Source: Nanobdellati archaeon (GTDB taxonomy: Archaea; Nanobdellota; Nanobdellia; UBA10117). Taken from it: a stretch of 64,000 nucleotides of DNA. The DNA lies in the NCBI GenBank assembly GCA_016182015.1, contig JACOYC010000012.1, positions 29,623 through 93,622 of the forward strand, in the 5' to 3' direction. Below, piece after piece: positions 8,980-18,264 of this stretch. Below the pieces are notes generated by a model, which was not told where the DNA came from, made no database searches, and worked only from the letters and a program-made list of their open reading frames with translations. Position 1 is the first letter of the stretch; every line of letters begins with the position of its first letter. Both the position numbers and the translations under genes were made by a program.

Positions 8980-11625
8980 TTAACCGTACTTGCTCGGTTC
9001 AAGATATTTTTTATCAGTTTTTACGCCGGGCGGATACATAACATTCCATATTTTAATTGGGCCTATTATCTGTCCGTTGTAAAATCCGAGCGGCAGGTCG
9101 TCCGAGTAGACTTCGGCGAAGTTTGGATCTGATTCGCCGTAAACATAAAGCCTAGCAAGATTAGTATCCCAAACTTTTTCAGACAGCCACATCACTGCGC
9201 CGTTTTCATATAGTCTGTTGTCCTGAAAGCCAGGCAGCACTACCATGCATCCTTTAATATTGTTAGAGCCGGCTGGCAAATTGGTTCGCGAACCATAAAC
9301 CATGGACTGCTTGTCCGGATTGTACTTGTGAATATAAATACAGCTAACATCTGCCGCAATACTTCGGCCGTTTGAATCAATTATTGCTTTTGCGCCCGTC
9401 ACGCGGTTGTCTCCTGACACATCAATACTAAAGCCAGTTATGGCGCCGCCTCCGGCTGGCAGTACAGAATCGCCGAAAACGTAATCCTTATCCAAGCCCC
9501 ATGCGCCGCCGTATGATAACTGGTAACCATCGCGTGTCTCTTTCTTGTTTTGCAGGCCAAACATACCAATTGTGCTTAGCCTGTCAAGATTTTCATCAGA
9601 CCCTATCAGAGAGAACGCGTAGTATTTTGGTATTTCCTGACTGGAGATCAGTATATGCGTGACGTTATGTGACTTTAGATATTCAAGCGTGCTTGTTTTG
9701 TCCTTTCCAGTTAAAAAGTATCTGCCAGAATCGTGATTCCAGCCCATTGCGTTTCCGCCATCTGTTACAGCGGCCCGCTCGCCAATAGCGGTTGTCATAT
9801 GTCCGTAATCCCACCAGTGGGCAACTACGGAGTCTTTGGGCGTGTTTTCCCTGAGAAAGTTCATGGACGCTTCCCATTGCCCCGGAACCATTGAGCCTAT
9901 TCCGCGGTTGTCATTGTAAGTTTCCCTTGCTTCTGCGTAAAAAGCGAGCGCTGAGAAAAGTATTAATATAATTGCGGCCAGCCGCCATTTCTTTTGTGCG
10001 CCTGCCTTTTCTACTCCTTTTGTGACAAACCAGCCAGCCATGATCGCCGCAGCAGGGGCGAGCGTGAACAGGAGCCTGATAAGTATTCGTGAGCTTACTA
10101 GCGAAAACAGAAATAATACAAGCATGATTATAACCGTGGAGTTTTCTTTTGTAAATATATTTTCGAAATCCGCGCGTTTGTAGGCAAAAATATAAACTGC
10201 TATCAGCGCAACCATAAATAATATCAGCCAGATTACATAATTTCGCGAGAAAAAATCAAACAGCGCGGAAAATTTGCTGCTTCGGCCCCAGCGCCCGAAG
10301 ATAAAAGCTACAAAAAACAACAAATACGTTGCAGAGATAAAATACATCGGTTGCTGGCGCTTAAAGTCCAGCCAGCCGACCGATTTATTTTTGAAAATTG
10401 ATGCAAGAAGCGCGAGCGAGCCAGCCAGCACAAGGAAAAAAACAAAACCGAATGTGTTCCACCAGCCGCCGCTTCCCCAAAATGTTGGCTGGGCGTTTTC
10501 AGCTACTGTTGTTGCCCATCTGGACACGTTCGTCCTGAAAATTGCGCTGACGAGAAATTCCTTAAACGAAGCAAAGTCTACCACACCAATTTTGCCAAGA
10601 AATGGTACTGCCAGGCCGGCAACAAGAAATACCGCCAGCGATGAAACAATCTGTTTCGGGGCAAACTTTGAGGCTGCGTCCATTATTTTTGTATTTTTTG
10701 TAAATTCAAATGCGGCGTAAATTATCATCGGCAGAACAAGGAATGCCAGACTCTCAGTTGATTTTACCCAGTCCAATATGCGCGCGTCTTTTATTATTGA
10801 GTAAAAAATGCTTAACACGATGTAAAGAGACAGATAGCCGTAGAATTGCCGGCGGTCTATTTTTGAGAAAAATACCGATAGAAGAAGTGAGAAGCCCACT
10901 GTTGCGGCAAGGTAGCTGAATCCACCCCACGTGCCAGCCATCAGCGCCGCAAAAAAGCCAGATAGCGAGCCAGCCAGCAGGGTTTTTTTAATATTATTTG
11001 ATTGCCACATCTCCACGAACAGCCAGAGCGATATAAACATCCAGAGCATAGCCATGGCTTCATGGTCAGCGAATCCTGCTGATGTCCTTTGGATGTATGC
11101 TGGCAGGACTGCGAGGAAGGCAGTTGATACCAATGCAACCCGATCTCCGAAAAGTTTTCTCACGAAAAGGAAGAAGAACACAAAGCTGATGAGTGTGACA
11201 ACAACCGGATAATATATGTGCCAAGTTATCAGCTTGAGGTTTGGCATGAGCAAATGGAAAAATTTATACCAGTAAACCATTGTGAGTGGGAAAAACTTGA
11301 ATGGCGCCGTAGGAACGCCGACAGGGACGTAGCGCATTAAGTCAATTGCGGGCAGCGTTCCGGTTTCTAAAATCATTTTTGAATACCTGAAGAAAAAATA
11401 CGAATCAAGCTCTATCATATACCTGCCCTGCAGCAGGCCAAGGTTTCTTGTCCTAAGGTACGCAGCCAAAACCAAAACTGCGGCCAGCAGTATGAGATAT
11501 AGCCAGGCAGAGTTAAGCGGGTTGCGCAGGTGTATGCCTTTTATGTCCTTTCCTATTTCTTCAACGCCGAACCAGCCCTTTAGTTTGGAAAAGAATACTG
11601 TTTTTCTCTGCTCCAACTCATCCAT
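8980..11625 (-). CDS. aglB: Oligosaccharyltransferase AglB (STT3 family)
   Basis: ELDSY, GFADHE, TVAEN, WWDYGH and many N-terminal TM helices. Confidence 0.95.
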   Translation of the reverse strand: MDELEQRKTVFFSKLKGWFGVEEIGKDIKGIHLRNPLNSAWLYLILLAAVLVLAAYLRTRNLGLLQGRYMIELDSYFFFRYSKMILETGTLPAIDLMRYVPVGVPTAPFKFFPLTMVYWYKFFHLLMPNLKLITWHIYYPVVVTLISFVFFFLFVRKLFGDRVALVSTAFLAVLPAYIQRTSAGFADHEAMAMLWMFISLWLFVEMWQSNNIKKTLLAGSLSGFFAALMAGTWGGFSYLAATVGFSLLLSVFFSKIDRRQFYGYLSLYIVLSIFYSIIKDARILDWVKSTESLAFLVLPMIIYAAFEFTKNTKIMDAASKFAPKQIVSSLAVFLVAGLAVPFLGKIGVVDFASFKEFLVSAIFRTNVSRWATTVAENAQPTFWGSGGWWNTFGFVFFLVLAGSLALLASIFKNKSVGWLDFKRQQPMYFISATYLLFFVAFIFGRWGRSSKFSALFDFFSRNYVIWLILFMVALIAVYIFAYKRADFENIFTKENSTVIIMLVLFLFSLVSSRILIRLLFTLAPAAAIMAGWFVTKGVEKAGAQKKWRLAAIILILFSALAFYAEARETYNDNRGIGSMVPGQWEASMNFLRENTPKDSVVAHWWDYGHMTTAIGERAAVTDGGNAMGWNHDSGRYFLTGKDKTSTLEYLKSHNVTHILISSQEIPKYYAFSLIGSDENLDRLSTIGMFGLQNKKETRDGYQLSYGGAWGLDKDYVFGDSVLPAGGGAITGFSIDVSGDNRVTGAKAIIDSNGRSIAADVSCIYIHKYNPDKQSMVYGSRTNLPAGSNNIKGCMVVLPGFQDNRLYENGAVMWLSEKVWDTNLARLYVYGESDPNFAEVYSDDLPLGFYNGQIIGPIKIWNVMYPPGVKTDKKYLEPSKYG

Positions 11626-11688
11626 TCGGTTTTAGCCCGCAGTAAACTTTATAAGGTTTTGTAGGATGCAAATATATCTAAAAACATA

Positions 11689-13323
11689 TTAGCTAAATTC
11701 GCCTTCAAGCGTTTTTCTGTCCCAGCCGTATTGTTCCAGCAGATCAATTATTTCTTTGCGGCTGTAAAGTGTGCCGCAAGCCCTTCGGAATCTTTGGAAT
11801 TTTTCCCTGCTCCTCGGGCCAATATGCATTTCATGCGCGAGGGCAAGCTTTTCCAGCAGAATTGATTTCAGGACCTGCCTGACTTGCTCGGCAGGCCAGC
11901 CGTTCAGCTCCAGTTCTGATTTTACTTCTTCTATCGGCTTTGTTTCCAGCAGGGCTTCGGCGTGTTTTCTGAGATCGAATTTCTTTTTGGCAATGGGCGG
12001 TATGGCTGGCTTGAATTCAGTAAGAATTTTTTCCGCAAGTTCTGGCGAGTAGCCTTTGTCAGTAAGATGTTTCTTCAACTCATTCCGCGGCATGAAAATG
12101 TTTTTTATGATTTCCTGCCTGATTTCAGTTTCGAGGCTGACAATTTTTGGCATTGGGATAAGCTTGCTTAATTTGGCAGCCTTTCTTGGCCGCAGCAGAT
12201 AGTGCGGCGCGGCAAGCGCGATTATTACTATGAAAATTAATGCATAAAAGCCAGGCTTGAAAAATAACGGCTTGATGCAGTCCTGCGGGCATGATAACAG
12301 GCCTTCATCTTTTTCACAGACAGAATTGCTGCATGATGATATTATTTGGCAGCTCCCGAATCTGCAGCTCTGGCCCGATGGACAACCGGCATCCATGCAG
12401 CAGGTTTCAGAGTTTTCTCCGGCATCTACGATCTGATTGCCGCACTTTGACTCGCGACAGGTATTTTCAACACATGTGTTTCCGACTGAACAGCCGCAGT
12501 CGGTACAGCAGTTATATTTGTTTTCGGCAAGCCCGCAAACGCCGTCGCCGCAGTTTATTTCCGGCAGGCCGGCCACTACAAAAACAGCATTAAGCCCGAC
12601 GTTGACGGCCTTGAATTTGTAATAAAGCGCTTCATCAGCAGTTCTTATTGTGGTTTTATCCTGCCACGATTCCGGTGTCCAGCTGGCTTTGTCCATCAGC
12701 CGTTTAAGCACTATTGTTTTTGGATCAATGCCTTTTTCAGACACCCATGACTTTGGCACTTTGAAAGTTACGTTTGTAGTTGTTATATTTGTTTCGGTTA
12801 TATTTCTCAGAGTGACTTCGAAATATTGGTATGGAATTGCATTCAATGAACCCTGTTTTGTTACATTTACATTAACTAAAAAGCTGAAGCCACGCTGCTC
12901 TGATACTACGCCAAACTCCATACCATTAAACGCAAATTGCGGCTTGTCAAAAGTAAAGCTTGACGATGAGTGGTTTGATGCGTTTGGAAAATAAAAATTG
13001 TATAAGTAATTTGCAGAGTAAGACAGGTCGAGAACGCGCTTTGAGGCTGGCAAGCAGGTACATTTATCAGTGCATCTCCTCGGACAAGGGTAGTCATCTA
13101 GTCCGTCGCACTCTTCTTTATTTTTTTCTTCTATTTCGTTGTTTCCACAGGCCCCGGATGCGTTGATATGGGTCGCTCCAGTGATGAGTGCAAAGCTGCC
13201 GGTAATTTTATTTTGATTGGTTTTTGAAAACCCAATTTCAAATGCAGCGAATGAGAATATGCTTGTTACGAAAAATAAAACTATTAATACGTCGAAATAC
13301 TTGTGCAGCGGCCATCCCCCCAT
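11689..13323 (-). CDS. Membrane-anchored surface protein: PGF-pre-PGF-like domain, Cys-rich CGxxxC repeats, TM, cytoplasmic helical G[YW] repeats
   Basis: FKVPKSWV motif; CGNN/CGDGVC/CGNQ/CSNSVC repeats; TM; KGYS, NGWP, YGWD motifs. Confidence 0.7.
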   Translation of the reverse strand: MGGWPLHKYFDVLIVLFFVTSIFSFAAFEIGFSKTNQNKITGSFALITGATHINASGACGNNEIEEKNKEECDGLDDYPCPRRCTDKCTCLPASKRVLDLSYSANYLYNFYFPNASNHSSSSFTFDKPQFAFNGMEFGVVSEQRGFSFLVNVNVTKQGSLNAIPYQYFEVTLRNITETNITTTNVTFKVPKSWVSEKGIDPKTIVLKRLMDKASWTPESWQDKTTIRTADEALYYKFKAVNVGLNAVFVVAGLPEINCGDGVCGLAENKYNCCTDCGCSVGNTCVENTCRESKCGNQIVDAGENSETCCMDAGCPSGQSCRFGSCQIISSCSNSVCEKDEGLLSCPQDCIKPLFFKPGFYALIFIVIIALAAPHYLLRPRKAAKLSKLIPMPKIVSLETEIRQEIIKNIFMPRNELKKHLTDKGYSPELAEKILTEFKPAIPPIAKKKFDLRKHAEALLETKPIEEVKSELELNGWPAEQVRQVLKSILLEKLALAHEMHIGPRSREKFQRFRRACGTLYSRKEIIDLLEQYGWDRKTLEGEFS

Positions 13324-13344
13324 GATATAAATTGCTTGTATAGA

Positions 13345-13351
13345 TTTATAA
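13345..13351 (+). promoter_or_regulatory. TATA box for tRNA-Val
   Basis: TTTATAA ends 26 nt upstream of the tRNA 5' end. Confidence 0.6.
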
Positions 13352-13376
13352 GGATTATTTAGTTATAAATTTACAC

Positions 13377-13564
13377 GGGCCGATGGTCCAGAACGTAAGT
13401 GGACAATGGTACGACGTCTCCTTCACACGGCAGCTTCTTTCTTTCCAAAAGAAAGACGCTCCCGGGCATCTAGAAAGAAAGGAGTGCGATCGTAGATCGC
13501 ACTAAACTTTTTGGATTCCCGAGGAAAAGGGAGAAGATCGCAGGTTCGATCCCTGCTCGGCCCA
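13377..13564 (+). tRNA. tRNA-Val(CAC) with two introns: 13392-13406 (15 nt, position 15/16) and about 13428-13528 (101 nt, anticodon arm)
   Basis: Acceptor GGGCCGA/TCGGCCC-A; anticodon stem TCTCC/GGAGA around TT-CAC-A; T-arm GCAGG-TTCGATC-CCTGC. Intron 1 has a BHB (GTCC/GGAC helix, AG|A and AA|T bulges) whose removal restores the D-loop AGTGGT. No encoded CCA. Confidence 0.9.
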
Positions 13565-13617
13565 TTTAGTTTAATCAATCGCGATAGCTTTATAAACAGT
13601 TACCTTATGGCAATAAT

Positions 13618-14517
13618 ATGTTAGCTGAAAACAGCGTTCGCAGGGTTGCAGACCATGTCGAGCAAGAGTTACCTACAAGATTAGCAAGAGACCTTGGTGA
13701 TAGTTTAGTGTCAGTTTCTTTGGTTGGCAGCATGGCCACAGAGCCGCCAACTATAGGTTTAGTAAATGATATGGACGTTGTAGTGGTTTCTGGCGGAGAT
13801 CCAGCAACTGATACAATGAGAATCGAGCAAACAGTTGCCGCACTTTGTCAAGAGTTAGCCGGTGATCCGTCTTTAGATCTAACACACACTCTTTTACGTG
13901 GGCCGATAAAACCGGCTGCAAGCGGCAGGCCAGTATTACAAATACACTGCATACCAACAACAAAAGACAGGCTGGCCAGGACAACTCCCGATGCACCCCG
14001 ATTGACATACAATAGCTGGCGCATATTTAATCGTCCGTTATATGGGGCGCTGCTGACACAGTTAATTAAAATCCCTCGGATTGGCTTGCGTGATGTATTA
14101 GAAGACGAACGAGGCCTGCCGCAACTTCGAATAGGTCTTACAGAAATGGCTGCGAAGGAGAGGCAAGCATTGGGCGATGGTAGTGTAGTAGATGTTGAGT
14201 TTAGTTGGAAATTAAATGCTAGGGAGCGCGCCGAGGCGGCCATGTACGGTACACTTACTGCAGCTTGGAATACCATAGAGGCATTGTACCCACACATAAT
14301 TACCGAACATTATGAGCGTCCAGCTGCTGCAAGGGAGTTTGGTCAAACATTTGGCGGGCTTCCGATGGCAGGCTGGCCAGTTGAAGTTCACAGGCTATGC
14401 GAACAACACCGGTGCGGGGAACTTTTACTTACGCCCGAATCTGTAGCAAGGTTAACCAGAAAAACAGACGCGTTTTTAGGCTCACTTGAAAAAGCCATAG
14501 CAGAAATTCGCGGCTAA
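13618..14517 (+). CDS. Nucleotidyltransferase-domain protein (Pol-beta superfamily), function unknown
   Basis: LVGSMA...NDMDVVVV (GS...DxD) followed by a helical C-terminal region. Confidence 0.65.
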   Translation: MLAENSVRRVADHVEQELPTRLARDLGDSLVSVSLVGSMATEPPTIGLVNDMDVVVVSGGDPATDTMRIEQTVAALCQELAGDPSLDLTHTLLRGPIKPAASGRPVLQIHCIPTTKDRLARTTPDAPRLTYNSWRIFNRPLYGALLTQLIKIPRIGLRDVLEDERGLPQLRIGLTEMAAKERQALGDGSVVDVEFSWKLNARERAEAAMYGTLTAAWNTIEALYPHIITEHYERPAAAREFGQTFGGLPMAGWPVEVHRLCEQHRCGELLLTPESVARLTRKTDAFLGSLEKAIAEIRG

Positions 14518-14560
14518 TTGTACAGCATAAATTTAAAATGCCGAATGTTGTTATCTATTT

Positions 14561-15677
14561 ATGAAATCCATATTAGGCCAAGCCGCAGAGCTCTGCATGC
14601 CAATCAAAGAAGAACAGGCAAAAGTAGCACAAATAATAAAAGAGATTGAAAATAAAGTTAACTCCGCGCTGAAAAAATCTAAGATTACTGCAAGATGCTC
14701 GGTTGGTGGCTCTGTCGCGAAGGGGACTTGGCTGCCAGGCGTTTCAGATATTGACTTTTTTATTTTATTCGATTACGAAAAATATAAGGGCGAGCACCAG
14801 TTTTTATCTGATGTGGCGGAAAAAGTTTTGAGAAGTATTTTCAAAGGCGTGCAGCGCCTGCATGGCTCGCGCGACTATTTCAATGTAAATTACAAAAAAT
14901 ATATTTTAGAGTTTGTGCCGGTGCTGGAAATTTCTGAGCTGTCAGATGCGCTAAACCTGACGGACTACTCGCCGCTGCATGTTTACTGGGTTCGCGACAG
15001 AGTAAAAGCAAATAGGAAACTGCAATCTGAAGTGCGACTGGCAAAGCAGTTTTTCAAAGCAAACGGCGTTTACGGCGCGGAGTCATACATCTCAGGATTT
15101 TCAGGGCATGTAACTGAAATTCTGACAATTTATTACGGCGGATTTCTGCGGCTCTTAAGCAGCCGCAGCCTTGGGCGAGGAAAAATTTTATTTACTAAAA
15201 AAAGCCGCAAAGAAATTTTTAACAAATCAATCAATAGAATTTTTCAAAATAAAACAGTTTGATGTGAATTCGCTGAAACAAAAAAAAGGCCGGGCTTTGT
15301 TTGTGCTGCAGGCAAGCCGGACAAAGGGAAAAGATGATGTTGTTGGTTCGAAGTTTTTGAAGCAGTTTGAGCAGCTTAAGTCGGGCATAAGTAAATTGGA
15401 TTTTAAAATTATAAGCTCTGGCTGGCACTGGTCCTGCGAGGGAAATGCCACATTTTGGGTTTACTTGCCAGCAAAGCCGCTTTCAAGCAAAAAGATAATA
15501 GAAGGCCCGCCAATAAATATGCCCGATGTTTTCATAAAGCAGTTTAAGAAAAAGTGGAAAAAAGTTTTTATAAAAAACAAAAGATACATAGCAAAGACAA
15601 AAAGAAAAATAATTTTGCCACGAGAAGTTATCAAAATAGCGGCGTCTGCACTCAAACTAAAACTACTAACTAAATAA
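14561..15677 (+). pseudogene. cca: CCA-adding enzyme, frameshifted near 15157 with an apparent internal deletion
   Basis: ORF1 has GGSVAKGTWL..SDIDFF, D.SPLH, GVYGAES...GFSG. The second frame reads AAAALGEEKF...FF...GPP (C-terminal part). The usual DPV..RN segment between them is absent. Confidence 0.85.
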
Positions 15678-15718
15678 TTAACACAATAGTTTAAAAACCC
15701 GCACAGACTTACTAAACT

Positions 15719-16246
15719 ATGTTAGCGCCACTGCCTATTGATAGAGAGCTGTTCCGATGGGTTGTAGTTGTAAGCAACCAGCCGGGCTTAGAGTGGCTGG
15801 CATTTTTGTTCTGGATACTAACAGTTTCTGTTACCGCAGTAGTTCTGGCTGCGCTTTATTATTACTGGCGCGTCAGGCGCGATCATAAATTTACGGCTTT
15901 AATTGTTATTTCAAGCATAGCAACATTTGCGGCCACAGAAGCGATAAAGTGGCTGGCCCAGCGCCCGAGGCCGCACATAACTGATCTTCTCTCATTTCCG
16001 TCTCGGCACACTGCGCTCGCTTTTATGCTTGCATTTTTGATTGGCGCGTATGTTTTGTCAAATAAGGAAAAGGGCAGTTATAAATGGCCTGTCGCTGTTT
16101 CTTTATTCACATGGGCGGCACTAGTTGGGCTTTCCAGATTGTGGCTTGAGGAACACTGGCTGACTGACGTTTTTGCCGGAGCGGTCATAGGCGCTTTGCT
16201 TGGGTGGATTTTTTGGAAAATGAGAAACAGAATATATAAAAAATAA
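15719..16246 (+). CDS. PAP2-family phosphatase
   Basis: KxxxxRPRP, SFPSRH, SRxxLxxHWxxD. Confidence 0.9.
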   Translation: MLAPLPIDRELFRWVVVVSNQPGLEWLAFLFWILTVSVTAVVLAALYYYWRVRRDHKFTALIVISSIATFAATEAIKWLAQRPRPHITDLLSFPSRHTALAFMLAFLIGAYVLSNKEKGSYKWPVAVSLFTWAALVGLSRLWLEEHWLTDVFAGAVIGALLGWIFWKMRNRIYKK

Positions 16247-16259
16247 ATAATTGTTAAAA

Positions 16260-17516
16260 TTAGATATCTGATGCAGTTAATATTTTGGTTTTTCTGCTTT
16301 TGGCCACAGAACTCGAAGCTACGATGTACTTAATATCTTTATCCTCTGCGACCTTCACAAGTCTTTGTTCTGCTGGCCCATCCATCACGACAGCGAAAAC
16401 GCCTTCAGATATGTTCTGCAGAGTGTCCTCAAGTTCTTTGACTGGCACGCGACCCATTATGTTTAAACCATTGTCAAGGACAAATGCCCCCCGAGTGCCA
16501 ACTAACTCATCAGCCATTGACTTAAGTTCAGTTAGGCTTCTGGCAGGCTGCACAGGTGCGACGCGCCTTACGACTGCTTCAGCTTCTCCGCCATTTTTTT
16601 CAGGCTCCGCGGATACAGATTTTGTAAGGTCTACAACTTTTGTTATCGGGGCTGAAAAGTTTGCTGTAGCTGATGAGCCGTTCACTTTATAATCGCTCTT
16701 GGCCTGCTCCCATGCTATTTTTGCACGCAGGGATTTGTTAATTTCCTTTAATGTCAGCTCTTCTACTTCCTTGCCGTCTGGCGCTCTCGCTACAAAGTCG
16801 AGTTCTGCGCCGTTGTCAACTAAGCCCCTTATAATCAGCTCGCCGCCACGGTCGCCGTCAACAAAAACAGTGATTGTTTTGGTTTTTGTCAGATCGACTA
16901 CTGTCTGCGATGGCTTAGTACCCTTCATTGCTACAACATTTCTGATGCCGTACCTAAGCAGGTTAACAACATCTGCGCGGCCCTCAACAAGAATAATTTC
17001 GTCTGAGTCCACAACATCCGGGCCGGCAGGCAACCTGTCAGTTCCGTATTCTGTGACTTCCATCGCCCGCACATCTTCTGTAATGGCCAGCGTAAGCGCC
17101 TGCGAGTCTGGCATCTCTGTTATCAGGGCTGCCAAAAGCTGTTTTGCCCTGTCTAATATCTGGTTGCGCTTTGATATTCGAACATCTTCGATTTTTGTGA
17201 CTTTGATTTTTGCATCACATGGGCCGACACGTTCAATTGTTTCGAGCGAGGCTGCTATGATTGCAGTTTCTGATTTGCCCATCGAGCTTGGCAGAAGAAT
17301 TTCGCCGGCGGTTTTTCCGCCCTTTGTTTCAGTTTTAACATCTATTCGCCCTATTCGGCCTGATTTTTGCAGCTCACGCAGTTCAAGGTCTGAACCGAGC
17401 AGGCCTTCTGTCTGGCCAAAAACTGCACCGATTATGTCGGGCCTGTCAGCCACGCCTGTAAGATCAAGGCTTGCACGTATTATATATTTTATTGATACCG
17501 GACTTATTTTTCCCAT
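16260..17516 (-). CDS. dnaG: Archaeal DnaG (bacterial-type primase-like, exosome-associated)
   Basis: DIIGAVFGQTEGLLG, LRELQKSGRIGRI, VEGRADV, DGDRGG, APDGKEVEEL. Confidence 0.95.
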   Translation of the reverse strand: MGKISPVSIKYIIRASLDLTGVADRPDIIGAVFGQTEGLLGSDLELRELQKSGRIGRIDVKTETKGGKTAGEILLPSSMGKSETAIIAASLETIERVGPCDAKIKVTKIEDVRISKRNQILDRAKQLLAALITEMPDSQALTLAITEDVRAMEVTEYGTDRLPAGPDVVDSDEIILVEGRADVVNLLRYGIRNVVAMKGTKPSQTVVDLTKTKTITVFVDGDRGGELIIRGLVDNGAELDFVARAPDGKEVEELTLKEINKSLRAKIAWEQAKSDYKVNGSSATANFSAPITKVVDLTKSVSAEPEKNGGEAEAVVRRVAPVQPARSLTELKSMADELVGTRGAFVLDNGLNIMGRVPVKELEDTLQNISEGVFAVVMDGPAEQRLVKVAEDKDIKYIVASSSVAKSRKTKILTASDI

Positions 17517-17687
17517 TTTAGTTCTCCGAGGAAAACGCAAGCCAAACTGCAGTCTGGCTGCGCACAGAAAAATCCTTCTGGATTTTTCTTGTGATTATCT
17601 GACCGCAGTCAGATTTACGCAAAAAAATGTTTTGACATTTTTCTGCGCCCAGCTGAATTTCATTCAACTCGGGTTTTTCCCATTTTA
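17507..17687. mobile_element. Five-hairpin insertion (153 nt) flanked by a 14-bp direct repeat that includes the dnaG start codon
   Basis: TTTTTCCCATTTTA at 17507-17520 and 17674-17687, with five consecutive inverted repeats between. Confidence 0.75.
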
Positions 17688-17712
17688 TATCACCTTTAAT
17701 TTTTGGAGAAAT

Positions 17713-18120
17713 CTACTCAGCCAGCTTCAATTCTTCGACATGCCTAACCCTTGCGTTCTTTAGAATTAACTCGCCAATTTTAGTGTCTGTTTTGACACCA
17801 TTCATCTGCAAGTAACCCTTGAATGTCCTGCTTAATTGCCTGCCTTTTTTGTCGGCATCGAACATAAGCAGTGCGCTTTTGTGAGTCATAGCTATCATTT
17901 CAGCCGCCTCGTAGAGGCTTCTCCATTTGTTTTCCTTGTTAAGGATGAAGAGGTTCAGAACTCCAAGGCTTTGCAAGGCATGCGCATCCCGCTTGCCTTC
18001 CACGACGATGCGAGACGATTCTGCTTTGGTTTTAAGCCCTTCGAGCAGCCCTTGTAGGCGCTCCTGATTTGCATCGCGAAGCCTGCTAGTCTCGCGGAGC
18101 CAACTGTTGTTGGTGAGCAT
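17713..18120 (-). CDS. Small Toprim-domain protein (UPF0292-like)
   Basis: IVVEGKRD and FDADKKG. Next to dnaG. Confidence 0.85.
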   Translation of the reverse strand: MLTNNSWLRETSRLRDANQERLQGLLEGLKTKAESSRIVVEGKRDAHALQSLGVLNLFILNKENKWRSLYEAAEMIAMTHKSALLMFDADKKGRQLSRTFKGYLQMNGVKTDTKIGELILKNARVRHVEELKLAE

Positions 18121-18264
18121 GATTAACCGGAGTCTTACTCTTCAATACATATTTTAGGCCGTTAGAGTATATAAAGCTTTCTATAATGCACTGTTAATAG
18201 TATCTGTTATATATTTATATATATTTTTATATAAATAAATATAAAAGCAAAAAGTCCACTGGTT

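Noticed and set aside
17521-17673. Possible CRISPR array or tRNA
   Set aside because: No identical repeats with unique spacers, no cloverleaf or T-loop, and no cas genes in the window.
16699-17763. 354-aa plus-strand ORF
   Set aside because: Antisense to dnaG and runs through the non-coding hairpin element.
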